From contig NC_068983.1 of NCBI RefSeq assembly GCF_001194135.2, positions 50,614,748 through 50,655,551 of the forward strand: 40,804 nucleotides of DNA, written 5' to 3'. Position numbers and translations under genes: made by a program. Shown here in pieces: positions 23,515-37,650 of the stretch. Under the pieces are notes generated by a model, which was given only the letters and a program-made list of their open reading frames with translations, searched no databases and was not told the DNA's origin. The first letter of the stretch is position 1. Each line of letters opens with the position of its first letter. The stretch is from Octopus bimaculoides (Eukaryota).

Positions 23515-24356
23515 ATAGAGGGAGATAACTAAATTCAGCAATTCATTTTCTCGGTAACTTTGTCATTTCACATATCATGACCGTTAATTACATATAACCT
23601 ATATTACTCATATTATGTTACAAAATTTATGGGCTAGTGTCTTATAGCTTTATAATTTAAACAAAATGATCTGTTGTTTTGTGGTTTGGAATCTATGCGG
23701 CACCTCTATTTTCTGCAGTAGGAATTACCTACAATTACCGAGCAAACGACATACCAAGTTTAGCCAAATACAACATGTCAATAGTTAAAGCAAGTTAGAT
23801 ATATTTCCTTAGAAATAAATATTCGGAATGGTTTACTAAGCAAATCATTGCTGGGCCATTTGCTGACTATAAGGCAACCTCGTTAACAAAAGTCGACGAA
23901 CGAGAAATGAGGTTTTAAGAAATATCGTCAATGAAGTCTGAATGAAAACATTAAAATGTCAACAAAAGATTTATATTTCATTTCTACTTATATAGTTTCA
24001 TATTTCCTTTCAATTTCCATTCGTTAGTATTGTAGTTGTGTTTGATACCATGATTATTGATTTTATGATCGTTCGTATATTGAAAACTGAAAAGTGACAG
24101 TTCCAAATTGAATGTATTTCTGTACTTAGATTATTCTACACTGTTAAACAGTCTTCAATATTTTTTTCCTTAACTTTTCGCTGTTGTTAGGGGAAAATAG
24201 CACTAAACGCGAACTGGGGGTCAGTGAAAGCGTGTACATCTTTAGCATTCCAATGCAGTCAATCTAAGGTAAAAGTGACTATACATTAGCAAATGGTAAT
24301 AGAGCCATTATCATTGAATTCACAGCACTGACGCCCTGCAACTCTGCATATATATA

Positions 24357-24482
24357 NNNNNNNNNNNNNNNNNNNNNNNNNNNNNNNNNNNNNNNNNNNN
24401 NNNNNNNNNNNNNNNNNNNNNNNNNNNNNNNNNNNNNNNNNNNNNNNNNNNNNNNNNNNNNNNNNNNNNNNNNNNNNNNNNN
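24357..24482. other. Assembly gap (N run)
   Basis: Run of N. Confidence 1.
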
Positions 24483-24740
24483 TATATATGTATGTATGCA
24501 TATATATTACATTGCTCAATATCTTCATTCATTAAAAATCTGCAATGATTTTTACTTCGTTTAAACTAAATAAAACAACATTTATTTCTTGGGGATATGC
24601 GCGTTTGATAATTGCTCACATACGCAGTTTTAATTTCGTTATTTCCAATTCAATTTCCCATGAGATTATCTTAGATTTGTTTATCCACCCACACGCACTC
24701 AACAACAGCCATGCATATATCTGATCGCCTTTCTGTCCTT

Positions 24741-24845
24741 CTACTAGTTATATACATACATACATACATACACACATCCATACATACATACATACATTTA
24801 CAAGCACACATACATACAAACAAGCTCACTCACACACACACACAA
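24741..24845. repeat. (TACA)n/(CA)n tract
   Basis: Directly visible. Confidence 0.9.
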
Positions 24846-27284
24846 CATTGCTCTTCATTCCAATTCAATGTAAATCATCCCAGCAAAATTATTCATCTGG
24901 TTATTTGAAGTGATCAATATTTGGCCATTGTCATTAATTCAGTTTTCTTACGAATCGAATTTTCAAGCACTATTACAATTAATTCTTAATTTCTTTTTCA
25001 CAAATGCTGAATCACCGATTATTTTATAATACGGTTCATTTGCAAGATATCAAAATTAACGTTGTGCAAAATTACAGAATCGGAATCTTTATGTAAGTTA
25101 ATTAAATGTATCTTCATATTAAATTGCATAGTACTCATATTCTCATCTAATTAATCTGCCGATATTTACTTTAGTTTTGTTTTAACATTTGCTATTCGTG
25201 TTATAGCTACGCCACACTATTTTGTCTGATACGTTTATTTAGTTCATGTTACGTCTGTGTGACGCTACATAACTCAACTCACCACTCAGTTTTGTAGAGT
25301 TTCAATTTTATGGCATTCATTTGTATACTGCTTCTGTTCTCAACCTATATATTCTACTTACGAACATTTAAGAAGAATAAATTTTCGCTTGCAATTATAT
25401 ACAATTCAATAGATATAGGTATGTTACACATATCTTTACTGACATTTCCAGATGTAAAAACTCCGTTTATAGACACATTATCTGAAAGCAGCTAAACCTT
25501 ATAAATTATCATTGCTTTATAGGAAAATAGCAGAAATCTCTAAAGTTATATGCAAAATTTATTGCATAAAGAAACATCTATTTATGATATGGACGAGATG
25601 TAACGACATTTACAGCAGCAAAACCAGTCAATAACAGAGAAACCACATTTCATGTAACCTGAAATGTTATAATCTCAATAATGCAAAGCATTTTGGGTGG
25701 GTCAGACGATAATTACAGAATTATTTTTATTTGTGTTGTTTATCTCATTCTTCGACTGTATGTTATGAGATCAACAAGGGAAATGTTACTAAATAATTCT
25801 ACCCATTTAATTAATCCTTCCATCGCATGTGACAAGTTACTGTATTTTAAAGAAGGATATATAGACGACTGTCTTAAAATTTGAACCAAATCCAACTCGG
25901 TAGATGGTCTCATCGAACATTTTCTTGAATTGCATCGGCGAATATAATACCGGTGAAATCAAAACATATGATTCATAGAGATAGATGATTATTCTGTGAA
26001 ATACTTCTTAATGTTCATGTGCAAAAGAAAATTCCAATTAATCCAACGAAGCTAAATTAAATGATGAATTAATTAACGCAACATCAGAGTCTTCTGAAGG
26101 AAAAATCAGACTTATTCATGGAAATATTCTTCATTAACATGCAGTTGAACCACCGGTGTGATGCATTTGAGATTTAAAATAGATGATGGCTTTAAGATTT
26201 AATCAGAAAACAGTAATAATATTTGAAGATATATGTTAGTCAAAAATATCTGGGCAATGTGGAAAACATTACTTATCGGAAAAATTTAATTTATATCTGA
26301 TAACTATTCTAACAATCCTGTATGTAACTAACGGGTGCTAAGCCAATCGATCCTATTTATGAATATGCACAAATGTTTACGAGATATCAGTAAATATATT
26401 GTTGATGCCCACGAGATCAAAGAAAATGTCAAGTGTGATGGGAATCATACTTTGAATGGAAAAGAAGTAACTCAAAAACCCAAATTATATTTTGCATCGA
26501 GTTTCTCGTTTAGGGATTCAGAGATATGGAAATAGGTATTTTGATATATTTTGTAACAATTATTGTTCTAATGCTATAAAAGAACAAGAAATGAATTGGT
26601 GACAGCTAAGAAAACATGCCATATAATATACGCATTTGGCATTTCATATCAAACACCACGGAATACAATGTAAAATGATGAAACAAAGTTGATAATAATG
26701 CTATGAGAAACTTCGATAAGTTCAAATATAATATATTTTATATATATTTCACACCTCCCACTCGGTACATATATCCAATAAAAAAAATCATTTTTAAAAG
26801 GCATAATTTGACATATCAATAAAGGCAACAAATTAACTTAAATCTAAAGAGATATATAAAATGATGAACAATATTGAATTATCTCTAAATAATATTTTCA
26901 TTTGTTGATTTAAAGGGGTATGTTATAGGTGTTGCATGCTGTTGATTGATAATCTCATTGGTTTATAAGGTTTATAAATCTTTCATGATCAATGTCAGTA
27001 ATATGCGATGAGTTGGTAATATACTGATTAGATACAGTCCTTCACCCGTTCTAAGTAATTCACTAGATTAAGTATATTCCTGTGTTTAAAGTAGACACAT
27101 ATTGCACATTTATTTATAATCATATTGATCATAAAAGCAATCCCTTTATTGCCAAGTATCCAATTAACCGTACGCTTATGACCCCAACATGACCGACACC
27201 AAAACTTCCATGAAACCGCCATTCAAAGATAAGCTCAGTTCGGCAATTATTATTGATTTCAAATTTTGGAAAAAGGCCGGCAAG

Positions 27285-27460
27285 TTCGGTTGTAGGATAA
27301 GTCGATTACATCGTCTCTAGTACTCAATTGATACTTATTTGATCGCCCCAAAAGGATGAAAGGCAAAATCCACCTCGGCGGAATTTTGAACTCACACGTG
27401 AAGACGACATGCTGACATTTCTGTCTGCCCGATGCCTTAGTTAGGATATTACGAACGCTC
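27285..27460 (-). mobile_element. tRNA-derived SINE with Nin/Deu-like core (12001 family)
   Basis: Minus strand GAGTTCAAAATTCCGCCGAGGTGGATTTTGCCTTTCATCCTTTTGGGGCGATCAAATAAGTATCA aligns with 12073-12140. Confidence 0.85.
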
Positions 27461-27996
27461 AATGCGAATAAAATGAAAGCAAAAAAAAAAAATAAGAAGA
27501 ACCATGAACAAACAACTTACACATGTTGAAATGTCTAAGAGTGGAAAAACAATTAGAAACTTGAAAAGACATCTCAAAATAAATTGAGGTATATTGTAGG
27601 TAATAAATTTGATCATACTACGAAACTTGTTGAAATCAATCACAGAAGCTTGCTATGCATGGTTTACACCCCAGCAAAAGCATCAGCTCCCTAAAAATAT
27701 CCGACATTCAATCTGAAATGGATAGAACATGGAAAGAATGATACTATTAACACAATACATTGATGACTTAGGTACATGCTATAAAGTCGTGGAATATACG
27801 TATACACTACGCAAACAATATTTAAGATATTTTGAAAACAAATTATTTGCAATTAGTCAATTCAATTTTAGATTTTTTGGCAAATTATAACAGTGCAAAG
27901 GGCTCTTGTATGACCCACAACATTAGAATGGAAGAAGTACTAAAATCAAAGTAGACTGCAATATACGTTAAAAGGAATTAGCTCTTTTACTGTCAG

Positions 27997-28104
27997 CTGA
28001 ACTTTACAATAAAAAGGAAACTGTTTTGCCTGAGCCTCAAACCATAACTGGAGTTTGGCCAAGTGGTAATGTTACAACAGATGATACGAAACAATCCATA
28101 AAAT
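27997..28104 (+). CDS. Candidate internal coding exon (phase 1/1, 108 nt), protein unknown
   Basis: Acceptor CTCTTTTACTGTCAG, donor T|GTAAGT, open frame xELYNKKETVLPEPQTITGVWPSGNVTTDDTKQSIK. No homology recognised; could be a transposon remnant. Confidence 0.3.
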
Positions 28105-30634
28105 GTAAGTACTGTAGAAAAGAAAATTTAGAAACTTATGAACTTATGATGAACATAGAATATACAGTGAAGATGCCACATAACTAAGAGAATCGAAGAA
28201 AGCAATATAAACTGTATAATTCAATGAAATAATCATATCACACAATGCAGCATAATTGATAAGAGAACTGAAGAACTCGTAAATATCATCACAGAAAGAG
28301 TTCCATATTCGGTTCATTGGACGAAAAGCGCTGTAATTCTAACAACACACAACTGAACACATTGAAAACATCTACAAGACAAATCGTTGCTCCCATTCAA
28401 ACATAGACGTGAAGAACAGTTATAAAACAAATTTTGAAAGTAAATACGAAAGGAACATAACAAATCATATTGATAATATTATGAATAACCACTTTCAGTA
28501 AACATATGATCAATAATCTATACATAAGAAGCTATGAACCCACACACTTCAGAATAAATGAAACATTTACAACAAAGAAACGCTAACTGGTTTTATAAAA
28601 CTATATATGAAACTGACTATGGCAATATATATATAACAAGAGATCAGGAGATTTCTCTAAGCTACGATGATATAAAACCCCATAGGAATTAACAAGACAA
28701 GACATATTCCGCTCGTGCAAATCAAGTTTTTAAATGCTACAAATCGGAATCTCAAAAAGCTGAATAACATAATACACTCAATAGTGAAATAGTTAATGCC
28801 TGAATAATACTATGTGATAAGATTTGTCACTCCTCATGAACGTACGTAACGTATAGCGCAGAGAAAGGACATACAAAAGAGTTGAACAATATATGCGCAA
28901 AAACTTGCGTAACGTAGATATTTTAATAGATTGACAGGACTAACTAAAGTGAAATTAATATATATATGTATATATATATTCAGTGTAACAATATATAAAA
29001 GGGAAAAGTTTCTAGAGTTAAAAAAAAGTGAAACAAATAATCCCAGGAAAACATATCGTGCTCAAAAAGCTTAGAAAAATTTTAGCGATTCTTCAAAGAG
29101 GAATGCAATTGAAAGGAACGTCAATAAACATACAACCCTGGGGAAAATTCTCCAGCAGCAAAATAACAACAGCCGTATTGCCAACATATATAACATCAAT
29201 CAGTTTAATATAATAGTAACTAATAAAAATCATATTTCTGTACACGGAATGTAGATACTGGAAGCCTCAAATCCCCGATGATTACAAAATCTATAGACAA
29301 AATATAACTGATTTCCCGATATGGATGCATTTTACTAAAAACGGTCACTCACTGATTGGTTAGAAATATACTACAATTTTACATGAATTACACATCGATG
29401 AAAATTAATGCATGATAGGAGGAAAATATAACTGAATCTGCAAGGCGTATATAGGGGTTTTTGAAAACAAATCTTGTTTAAGTGCTGAAGCCAAATTATT
29501 TTTTTCGCAATATCTATACACGACTTTTAGAAACTTATAAGACATAATACATGTAGAGGAAAACAACAGTTGAGCAGCAAGATGATATAACTGAATGAAA
29601 ACGGAAATCTATTCGTCTAAGTTAAGAATGCAGGCATAAACACCTGAGAAACCTAAATAATAATTATGAATTCCATGGTTACTTTACAAGTTATGCGACC
29701 TCCAGAGCTTAGACAGTAAATCCAAACCGACACGATAAACACATCTAAGTAAAAATCTGATACATCTAAAATTCATTTACAAAGCGAAGAAATTACTGAA
29801 AATCGAAACAAAGAATATTGTTATAATAAAAATAGAGACGTTAGACTAGTTATTCCAATAAACCAATGTTTGACCTAAAATATTCTCACTTTATTCGAGT
29901 CAATAACGCTCATCATAAAGAATAGGTATCATAAAGAACAATTTTTTGATGGATTATTCTCCTGCATCACTCTCTACACTTCCCGTCAGAAGGGGTACAT
30001 GATGTAAAATTTGTTTTGTACTGAATGCCGAACAATCTCCCTCTTTAATCATTCTGATTCTTTTGCAAAACTAGTCGCATCATTAGATCTAAAACTGCAT
30101 TCCAATGGATTATCCTTAGGAAGTGGAAAATATGCTTCCATTGTCCCCATCAACGAAAACATGATTTGCAATTTGAATACATATTCCACAAGGGAGTTAG
30201 AGTTACGTGTAGAAATCTTAAGAGGATCGGAAAGATTATAATTCATTTTGAGCACAAAATATTATCCGTAGAGGCAGCTTTCATCTATGCAATTAGCTAT
30301 TAATAAGATATTCAGTTTGGAAAATAAAGTGTAACTATACTTCGTATTGTAGTGTGATATCTAGATCTTCTGCATTTCAAATTGTTATCAGTGAGGCCTT
30401 ACTAGTACAGAGCAAAATTGTTTCAACGTCTTTGTCGAAATAGTATTTTAATTATATCAATGCCTGAAGAATTCAGTAAAATAAGCTTCTGTGCAGTTTT
30501 CCTCTCGAATTAATTGAGGTCTGTTTTTACCTAAAAAGCATTTTTCTATCTGTTATGTCATGTTAAAAACAAAAAGAAAATTAGATGTATAAAGATAAGA
30601 AAGGTATACATGCATACGCATATATATATATATA

Positions 30635-30858
30635 NNNNNNNNNNNNNNNNNNNNNNNNNNNNNNNNNNNNNNNNNNNNNNNNNNNNNNNNNNNNNNNNNN
30701 NNNNNNNNNNNNNNNNNNNNNNNNNNNNNNNNNNNNNNNNNNNNNNNNNNNNNNNNNNNNNNNNNNNNNNNNNNNNNNNNNNNNNNNNNNNNNNNNNNNN
30801 NNNNNNNNNNNNNNNNNNNNNNNNNNNNNNNNNNNNNNNNNNNNNNNNNNNNNNNNNN
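30635..30858. other. Assembly gap (N run)
   Basis: Run of N between (TA)n and (AG)n. Confidence 1.

Positions 30859-30917
<59 letters not shown>
30859..30917. repeat. (AG)n microsatellite
   Basis: Directly visible. Confidence 0.97.
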
Positions 30918-30920
<3 letters not shown>

Positions 30921-33486
30921 AATCAAGCTGGCATTCTATACGATCCACAATCTTTCAATTGTATTCTGCCCCGAAATTAGGATGTGTCCTTCATACTGTT
31001 ATTCAGTATATTAACAATACAAGTGATATTACCCACTAACGCACTCTCCTATATTAACGATATTTTACATTCCTCCTTCAACTTCTGCGAACATACTTCA
31101 TGCACTTGCACATAAGGCACCTCAAGGAAATAAGGTAATTGGTGTGAAGTCGCTATCCATCGAAATCTTGTTTTATAGCTTCACCATTCTTAATTTGAAA
31201 TAACGTGCATTAAATGCCTTAGATACAGAAAGTAAAATAAAATTACACGTCTTCTTCAGAAGCCGTCAAACTCATAGAATTTATATATTTTTGCTAAATT
31301 TGATAGATTCAGTTAAGTATTTCGAGTAGAATTTATTTCGAAATATGCAAAAAGACCAAATATCTTTGGTTATTATACTAGATTTGTAGTTAATGAATCT
31401 GGAGAAAGAAATGTTCCGGTCCTCACAGATCAATTTCAAAAAGAATTAATCAGACAATTTTTGTTCCGTTGAAATTGTCATAATTCAGCGCAAACAAAAC
31501 AATACTACATAAGGAAAACAATTCCATCCCAGAGGACCGAGGTTCTGGAGGGGCATGATAGGGCGTAAATCTGAAATATGTCAGAAACACCTTTTAATTA
31601 ACCTAATCTTCTCATCCAACAATTCATTAGCTGACACATACAAAATTACGAAGCTATTTATCCCAGCTGTTTCCTATCGAAGCATATCTGCTTATTCCAT
31701 TATTACAACCTCTATATGTCTATTATTTGTGTTTTATGCAAAACTATATATATATATAAGAATATATCTGATTGTGTTAATGTATTTCTGCGTATGTACT
31801 GAGAGGCTGACGCATCCCAAGACTAAGAAGTGTTGCAAGGCCGAAAAGTTATCGGATGCCTGAGCGGTAGAGGTTCTTGTAGAATTAGAAAGGTAAGGGA
31901 GACAAATGTGCATCCTATTGATCATGAGGCTGGAGCGAATCCGCTAGTCTTCAAATTCCAAATAGTCCAAATGATATACATCAGTTTCTTTCCAGGTTAT
32001 CTGTTTCAAAAACAATAGCTCCGTCCCAGATGCGGTTACAGTTCTGTATTTCATACTTCATTTGACATTATAGAATAGCAGCAGCTTTTGAGAGGGTGAA
32101 ATACTTACTTGATCTCAGGAGATTTAATTCTTAAGTGATTAGCTCACGAGAGTACTTTGGTGAATGTGAGACCCAGCATAGGAATGCTCTAGCTGAATAC
32201 TGCTCATGATTACTGGGTGAGTATTGCGATGGTGTATGCGTAGTATAATTCGTGCTTGCGTTGTGTTACTGTTAAATGTTGCTCTTAATGTTTCACATTA
32301 TACAATAAATGTATGTTTGGCACCTAGTGTTATTAGATGTTCTCTCAATTGTTTGATGTTATAGGTGTTCTTTTTAATTTCTATGGCAAAGTTGGCTCAT
32401 TTACATTTCTTGATAAGAAGTCATCAATAAATCTGATAATGCACCTCTTGTACATTTTGTATGTTAGCCTACATCTAAATTTGAAATCAATATAGATTGC
32501 AATATCCCTACTAACCGAGAGATTAACTCACAAAATTAGCTATTTTTTTGTCATAATTCGTCGATAGATTTACACAGCATTTAGTATTCTCACAAATATA
32601 TATTCTCACATCTCACAAATATATACAAACATACATCTGATACTGGACAAAATTACCTTCAATAAATGTCACAAAACCTAAACTGCATAGTTTGTAAAAT
32701 ATAAATTCCGAAGCACAATCCTTCATATGCTACATATCAAAGAGTTCAAATGCTAAAACGATATCAGGTATAAAATACAATGCCGACAGTAAGTATGACT
32801 ACGTTTGCAAAAGCTTTATTTCTAGTTCCATCGGAGGTAATGTATTTAGTGCAGTAGTTGGAAAGAAGTAATGGGAACTGTTTAACATTGAATGTAGCGC
32901 AAGCAGTAAACAGGACAAAATGTTTTTCGTCCGCCTTTACGTTCTAAGTTCAAGTTCCAACAACTGAATCTAATATTAAATGCAACAGAAATAAATGAAT
33001 TAACCAAGAAATAATTCAAAAAGTTTGAAATATATTTATGTACACAGTACATTGGCAAACTGAAATGTTTTTGCTTCTCATCTCATCCATTTTTTGCACT
33101 AGCTACAGATTAAGCATAATACATAAACGCACTAATGGAACATATATTGCATCAACATTGTATATATTCTCACTACACATCGAACATGTCGTAAGCAATA
33201 CAAATATAATACATGTCATTTCTCCCATTTTTAAGATGTGAGTATGCTCTCAGAATTTGATTCATAAACGATATGCTAAAGCAGAAAATGCGTCTTCAGA
33301 AAATACGACGTGCGTTCAAAAATGCCAAAGGTAATGCTATGTTGGAGAAATTATTTGGACGGGAGGTGACACCACTATTCAATTCTCGTGCCAGTAGGCC
33401 TCGTCAGCACCCGGCTGCTGCCCTTGCTGTACAAACCTGTAATGTGCGCTCGTCGATGATTCGTCTGACAACATAAAAGAACGCAT

Positions 33487-34168
33487 CGAGTTGAGACCAT
33501 GCAACTATGTCTCCTCACTAATAATGAGAGTCGTCATGAAGTCTGGGTTGTGGTTTGCTCATTACAGCATATCCTGATGGATGTCCATGGGGTGTTGTTT
33601 CTGATTATCTGTCAGCACCTTGGGGATGAGTTTTGCCGACGTTCTCCGCGTGTACACATTCTTCATTAAAATGGAATGCAGTAATCCTGTGCTTATCCCA
33701 CCTTATGAACAATTTCCCGGATACTTATACAAAGTTCTTCCATGACTATCATCGATCTCTCTCAATCAGTTCCTCATTTCGGCTTGTAGATGGCCTACCT
33801 GAGCATGGCTCGCTCTCCACTAGAGTGTGGATATGTTTGAAGCTCTTATACCACTCATCGATCTGAGGTTTGCCCATGGTATCATCGTCAGAGACATGCT
33901 GATCTTTTTGAATGGTTTGAGCTTAAGCATCACCAAAATTGTGTCAAAACCTGATGCAATATCTCTGCTGGATGAGTTTGGTGAAAATGAAATCCAACCA
34001 GCGCAGCTGTTACGCTAGTTGTAACAACCACGAACTAATGCGGCTTAGAAACACGAAGATTTTCAAGCATGCTTGTGTACGGTGACGTCAGATTACACCC
34101 AAAGATGTTTTCCTCGTTGCATTAGCTTTAGTTTGGGAAGGACAAAATAAAATTGGACACACCTCGTA
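33487..34168 (-). mobile_element. Mariner transposon 5' half (TIR and pseudogenized transposase N-terminus)
   Basis: Minus strand begins TA|CGAGGTGTGTCC. Peptides: QRYCIRF*HNFGDA*AQTIQK; MGKPQIDEWYKSFK...ESEPCSGRPSTSRNEE; ANHNPDFMTTLIISEET*LHG (first catalytic motif ITGDE degenerate). Truncated afterwards. Confidence 0.9.
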
Positions 34169-36700
34169 TATGAATTGAAACTATATACTTAAAATGAAAA
34201 CAATAAAAACATTGAGATATCTAACAGAAATGATGTCGTGTATGCAAGAGCAATAGACACAATTAAATTAATATATGGAGTATGTAATCTGAACGGAAAA
34301 TCAGAGTCATATATAACCATGTAAATCACAAAATAGAAAAAAAAAAACCTCTAATATATTTATAAGATGCTTATGAAAAATAAATGTGACCGTAATATAC
34401 ACAATAGAAGCAAGTACTGCATAAAAAGGAAAATATAATGCTTTTAGGAGAGAACATTAAATTAATAGAAATTTTAGCAAAAATTTGGAAATGACAGTGC
34501 TGAGTATATATGAAGCAATAAAAACATCTGAAACAGAGAGAGAACAGAATAACAGCCAAGAAATCACGAAAAAAAACATATTCATCATATATAGTTGCTC
34601 CTGTTTTTAGGATCTATAGGTAAACAAAAACTGAGAGAAATTTAAAACTACGTTTACTGGGATGTCAAAAGCTAAATAAACACGTTAGAAATCCAGCCTG
34701 CTTTTATATACAGAACGCTACTTATAATATATAATCCCCATCGTTAATGAAGCAAATACCTAAGAGGAAAAATTAATGTACGAGAAATCTAATGCCTTAC
34801 AAGAGTTATCTTTGATTTGGTGATATTTCTACTTATCAACAAATTAGCCAGTATGAAAATATATCACGATTCTTAAAATCAAAATGTATGTTCTGCTCAA
34901 AATGAAAACAAAAATTTACTAACATTAGCTGAAAATAGAACAAAACTTAAAGCAATATAGACAACATCAGAAAATAAAATCTATAGGAAAAAGAAATTAT
35001 CGCAATAAAATAAATGAAAACACTGTCCCTCCTTTATATGACACATGGTAGAAAAGTATTGATGTAATAACAAATATTGGCTTTATTAGTTAGATTTAAT
35101 GGCGGCATAAATACACAACAGTCATTAAGTAAAGGTGATGTGAAGCTCAAAATTATGAATTCGTTTTATTTTCCAGATATTGTTAGTAACTCTAAAGTGT
35201 GCACTTAAGTTTCTTTCGAAAATGATGTCAGAAATGTAATGCTACGTAACCAAGCAACACAATATTTCCCAGTCGACATGACAATATATCTTATAACTAA
35301 AATATATATGTCATCCTAAGGACTCACAAAATGTTTGTAACACCGAAACAATGCTTACAATGTGTGATGGTAAGCCCCGAAAAAACATGGACTGGGCGAA
35401 GAAAATAAACAGCTTTGGTGTATTCATATACAACAGTTATGTGAGCAGACTTGAAGGAAATTGAATAGAAGGCTCAGAATCATGGGAGTTACTGGATATG
35501 TTGAAACTTTTACCTGTCGTGAAGTCCATGGTGCAGTGTAAAATTATAATAAGGACTGAGAAACTGAAGTACTCATGAAAACAGGACGGTTCTTTCTGCC
35601 CTAAAGATTAACAAACAATCCAATCTAACTTTTCAGGCGTGAGATTGAAAGAAACGGTAATGCGTCATGCAGTGTAGAGAACTCAGATTCTTCTGAGGTG
35701 GCTGTAAAAGTCCTTTGAGAGTTTCCGTTAAGATAACCATGTCGGAATCATAAGCATGTTCTAGAAAATGAATTCACTTCAATGAGAAGATCCCGTTTCT
35801 GAAAGTAATAGACTTTCTGCAATACTCTAAAGCGTACCAGCACGACAAAATATATTTATGATGGAGGTGAGGAGACAGTGTAACAGAAATAAGATTTGGA
35901 AAGCATAGCGGAGGACGCTGAATGCCTCATGTGAATGAAAATGATGACGGCGACGGAGAGGATAATGAAATGAAATGAAATGTTTTCGAAGCTCAAACGG
36001 AAGCTTTATCAACATGTGGTAGAGAGATTGGTCAATGGATATAACCTGAATATATTTCCCGAAGAACGAATACGGTTGGATTGCATGAGGCAATATCAAT
36101 ATAGGACATCAATATTGAAAATGAAGACGTCGATGGATTCCTACATCAAACTCTAGATTAAACAGATAGATAATACGTAAATTTCTGGCAAAAATTCAGA
36201 AAAAAAAATCGTTAGACACCAGAGAAAAATATGTGCCTTGCTCTACCTCGATTATTGGTGGATTCCCAACCGGGTGTGTAATAAAATTTTCATACTTTAT
36301 ATTCTGTTATATATCTTTTTTGACATATCATATGTATCTATACACCAATTTATTAATACTTTGTTATGCTTTTTTCTGGTTTCTACATGTAGTCGTAGCA
36401 CTTCTTCCATCACATTATTCGCCATTATATCATTAAACTTTATCAATCAAAATTCTCTTTTATTGCAATATAAAATGTTTCTTCGCGTATCTTTTAGCTT
36501 GTCCTTAAGCGGCGATTTTTATTATTATTTGAATCCAGCATATTTCACAGCACGCCGGTCAACATTCCTTGCGGCATTTCATTCTCCTGTAAGTTCTAAG
36601 TACAAATGTCGCAGCGGGGCGAATTTGTTTTCTTCTTTTCATGGTCAAAATCTATTAACTGGGATCGGTATACTCGACTAACCTCCCTGCTTAGACAAAC

Positions 36701-36856
<156 letters not shown>

Positions 36857-37045
36857 TCTCTGCTTAATATATCACTATTATATATATATATATCACTCTA
36901 TACTTAATATATCACTCTATATCACTATTTCTTTGTACCTCGCTCTTCAACCTTTTAACCTCCTCCTTTGAAGTAAGCGTGATACACACACCACAGGTAT
37001 GTACAAAAGTAGCAAAACTTAGCGTATAAATATTATTGATTATTG

Positions 37046-37600
37046 CTGAGTGAGAGAGCAGGGCATTCCATCAAAGTGACACTGGGTTAAAATAATGAAA
37101 CCTAGTATACACATCATGATTGTCCCTCTGATAAGGGCACATCAGGTATATGCATTACGGCCATATGTGCGCGACATTCTGATCTCATATCAAGTCTAAC
37201 AGCGCATGGCCTTGCTGGTGGGGCCTAGTTGGAATTTTCTTTAGGTCGAGTAAACCATCCCGCTTAAAAGGTCCTTGAATAAGGGTTGTTTAAGGATGTT
37301 AAACAAAACACCTATGTTCTCAGATGTGAATTATTCAAGCCCCAAAGAATGCCTCTCAACATATGGCTATGATGCTCCCCCACTACTTCTGTTCGTGATC
37401 AGAGATGCACATATCGTCATCCACTAAGGGACATGCTCAACTGGTTAAAGTCAAACAACTGACAAGCAAATCTTTGATACTGAGCAGAATATTTGCTGTA
37501 GCCCATCTTTTATACCCAGGCAAAAAAATGTACATGATAACACTTCTAATCAGTTAAGATGAAAAGTCATGAGAGACACTGCCTGATAGTGCATAAAGAC
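37046..37600 (-). mobile_element. ~550-bp non-coding element, copy 2
   Basis: End-to-end tandem paralog of 37651-38206, starting TGAGTGAGAGAGCAG on +. Confidence 0.9.
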
Positions 37601-37650
37601 ATTCATTATTATTATTATTATTATCATTATTATTATCATTATTATTATTA

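Noticed and set aside
29240-29720. Faint APE-endonuclease-like words (IPDDYKIYRQ, HGYFT)
   Set aside because: Catalytic motifs are not recognisable; kept only as context for the 27997 finding.
30030-30260. Minus ORF LPKDNPLECSFRSND, like RT motif PQG
   Set aside because: Similarity is marginal.
32143-32210. ECETQHRNALAEYCS*, like an insulin A-chain end
   Set aside because: Cysteine number and spacing are wrong.
33361-33412. CUGACGA-G-GCC-UACU-GGC on minus
   Set aside because: No GAAA after stem II and no stem I or III; not supportable as a hammerhead.
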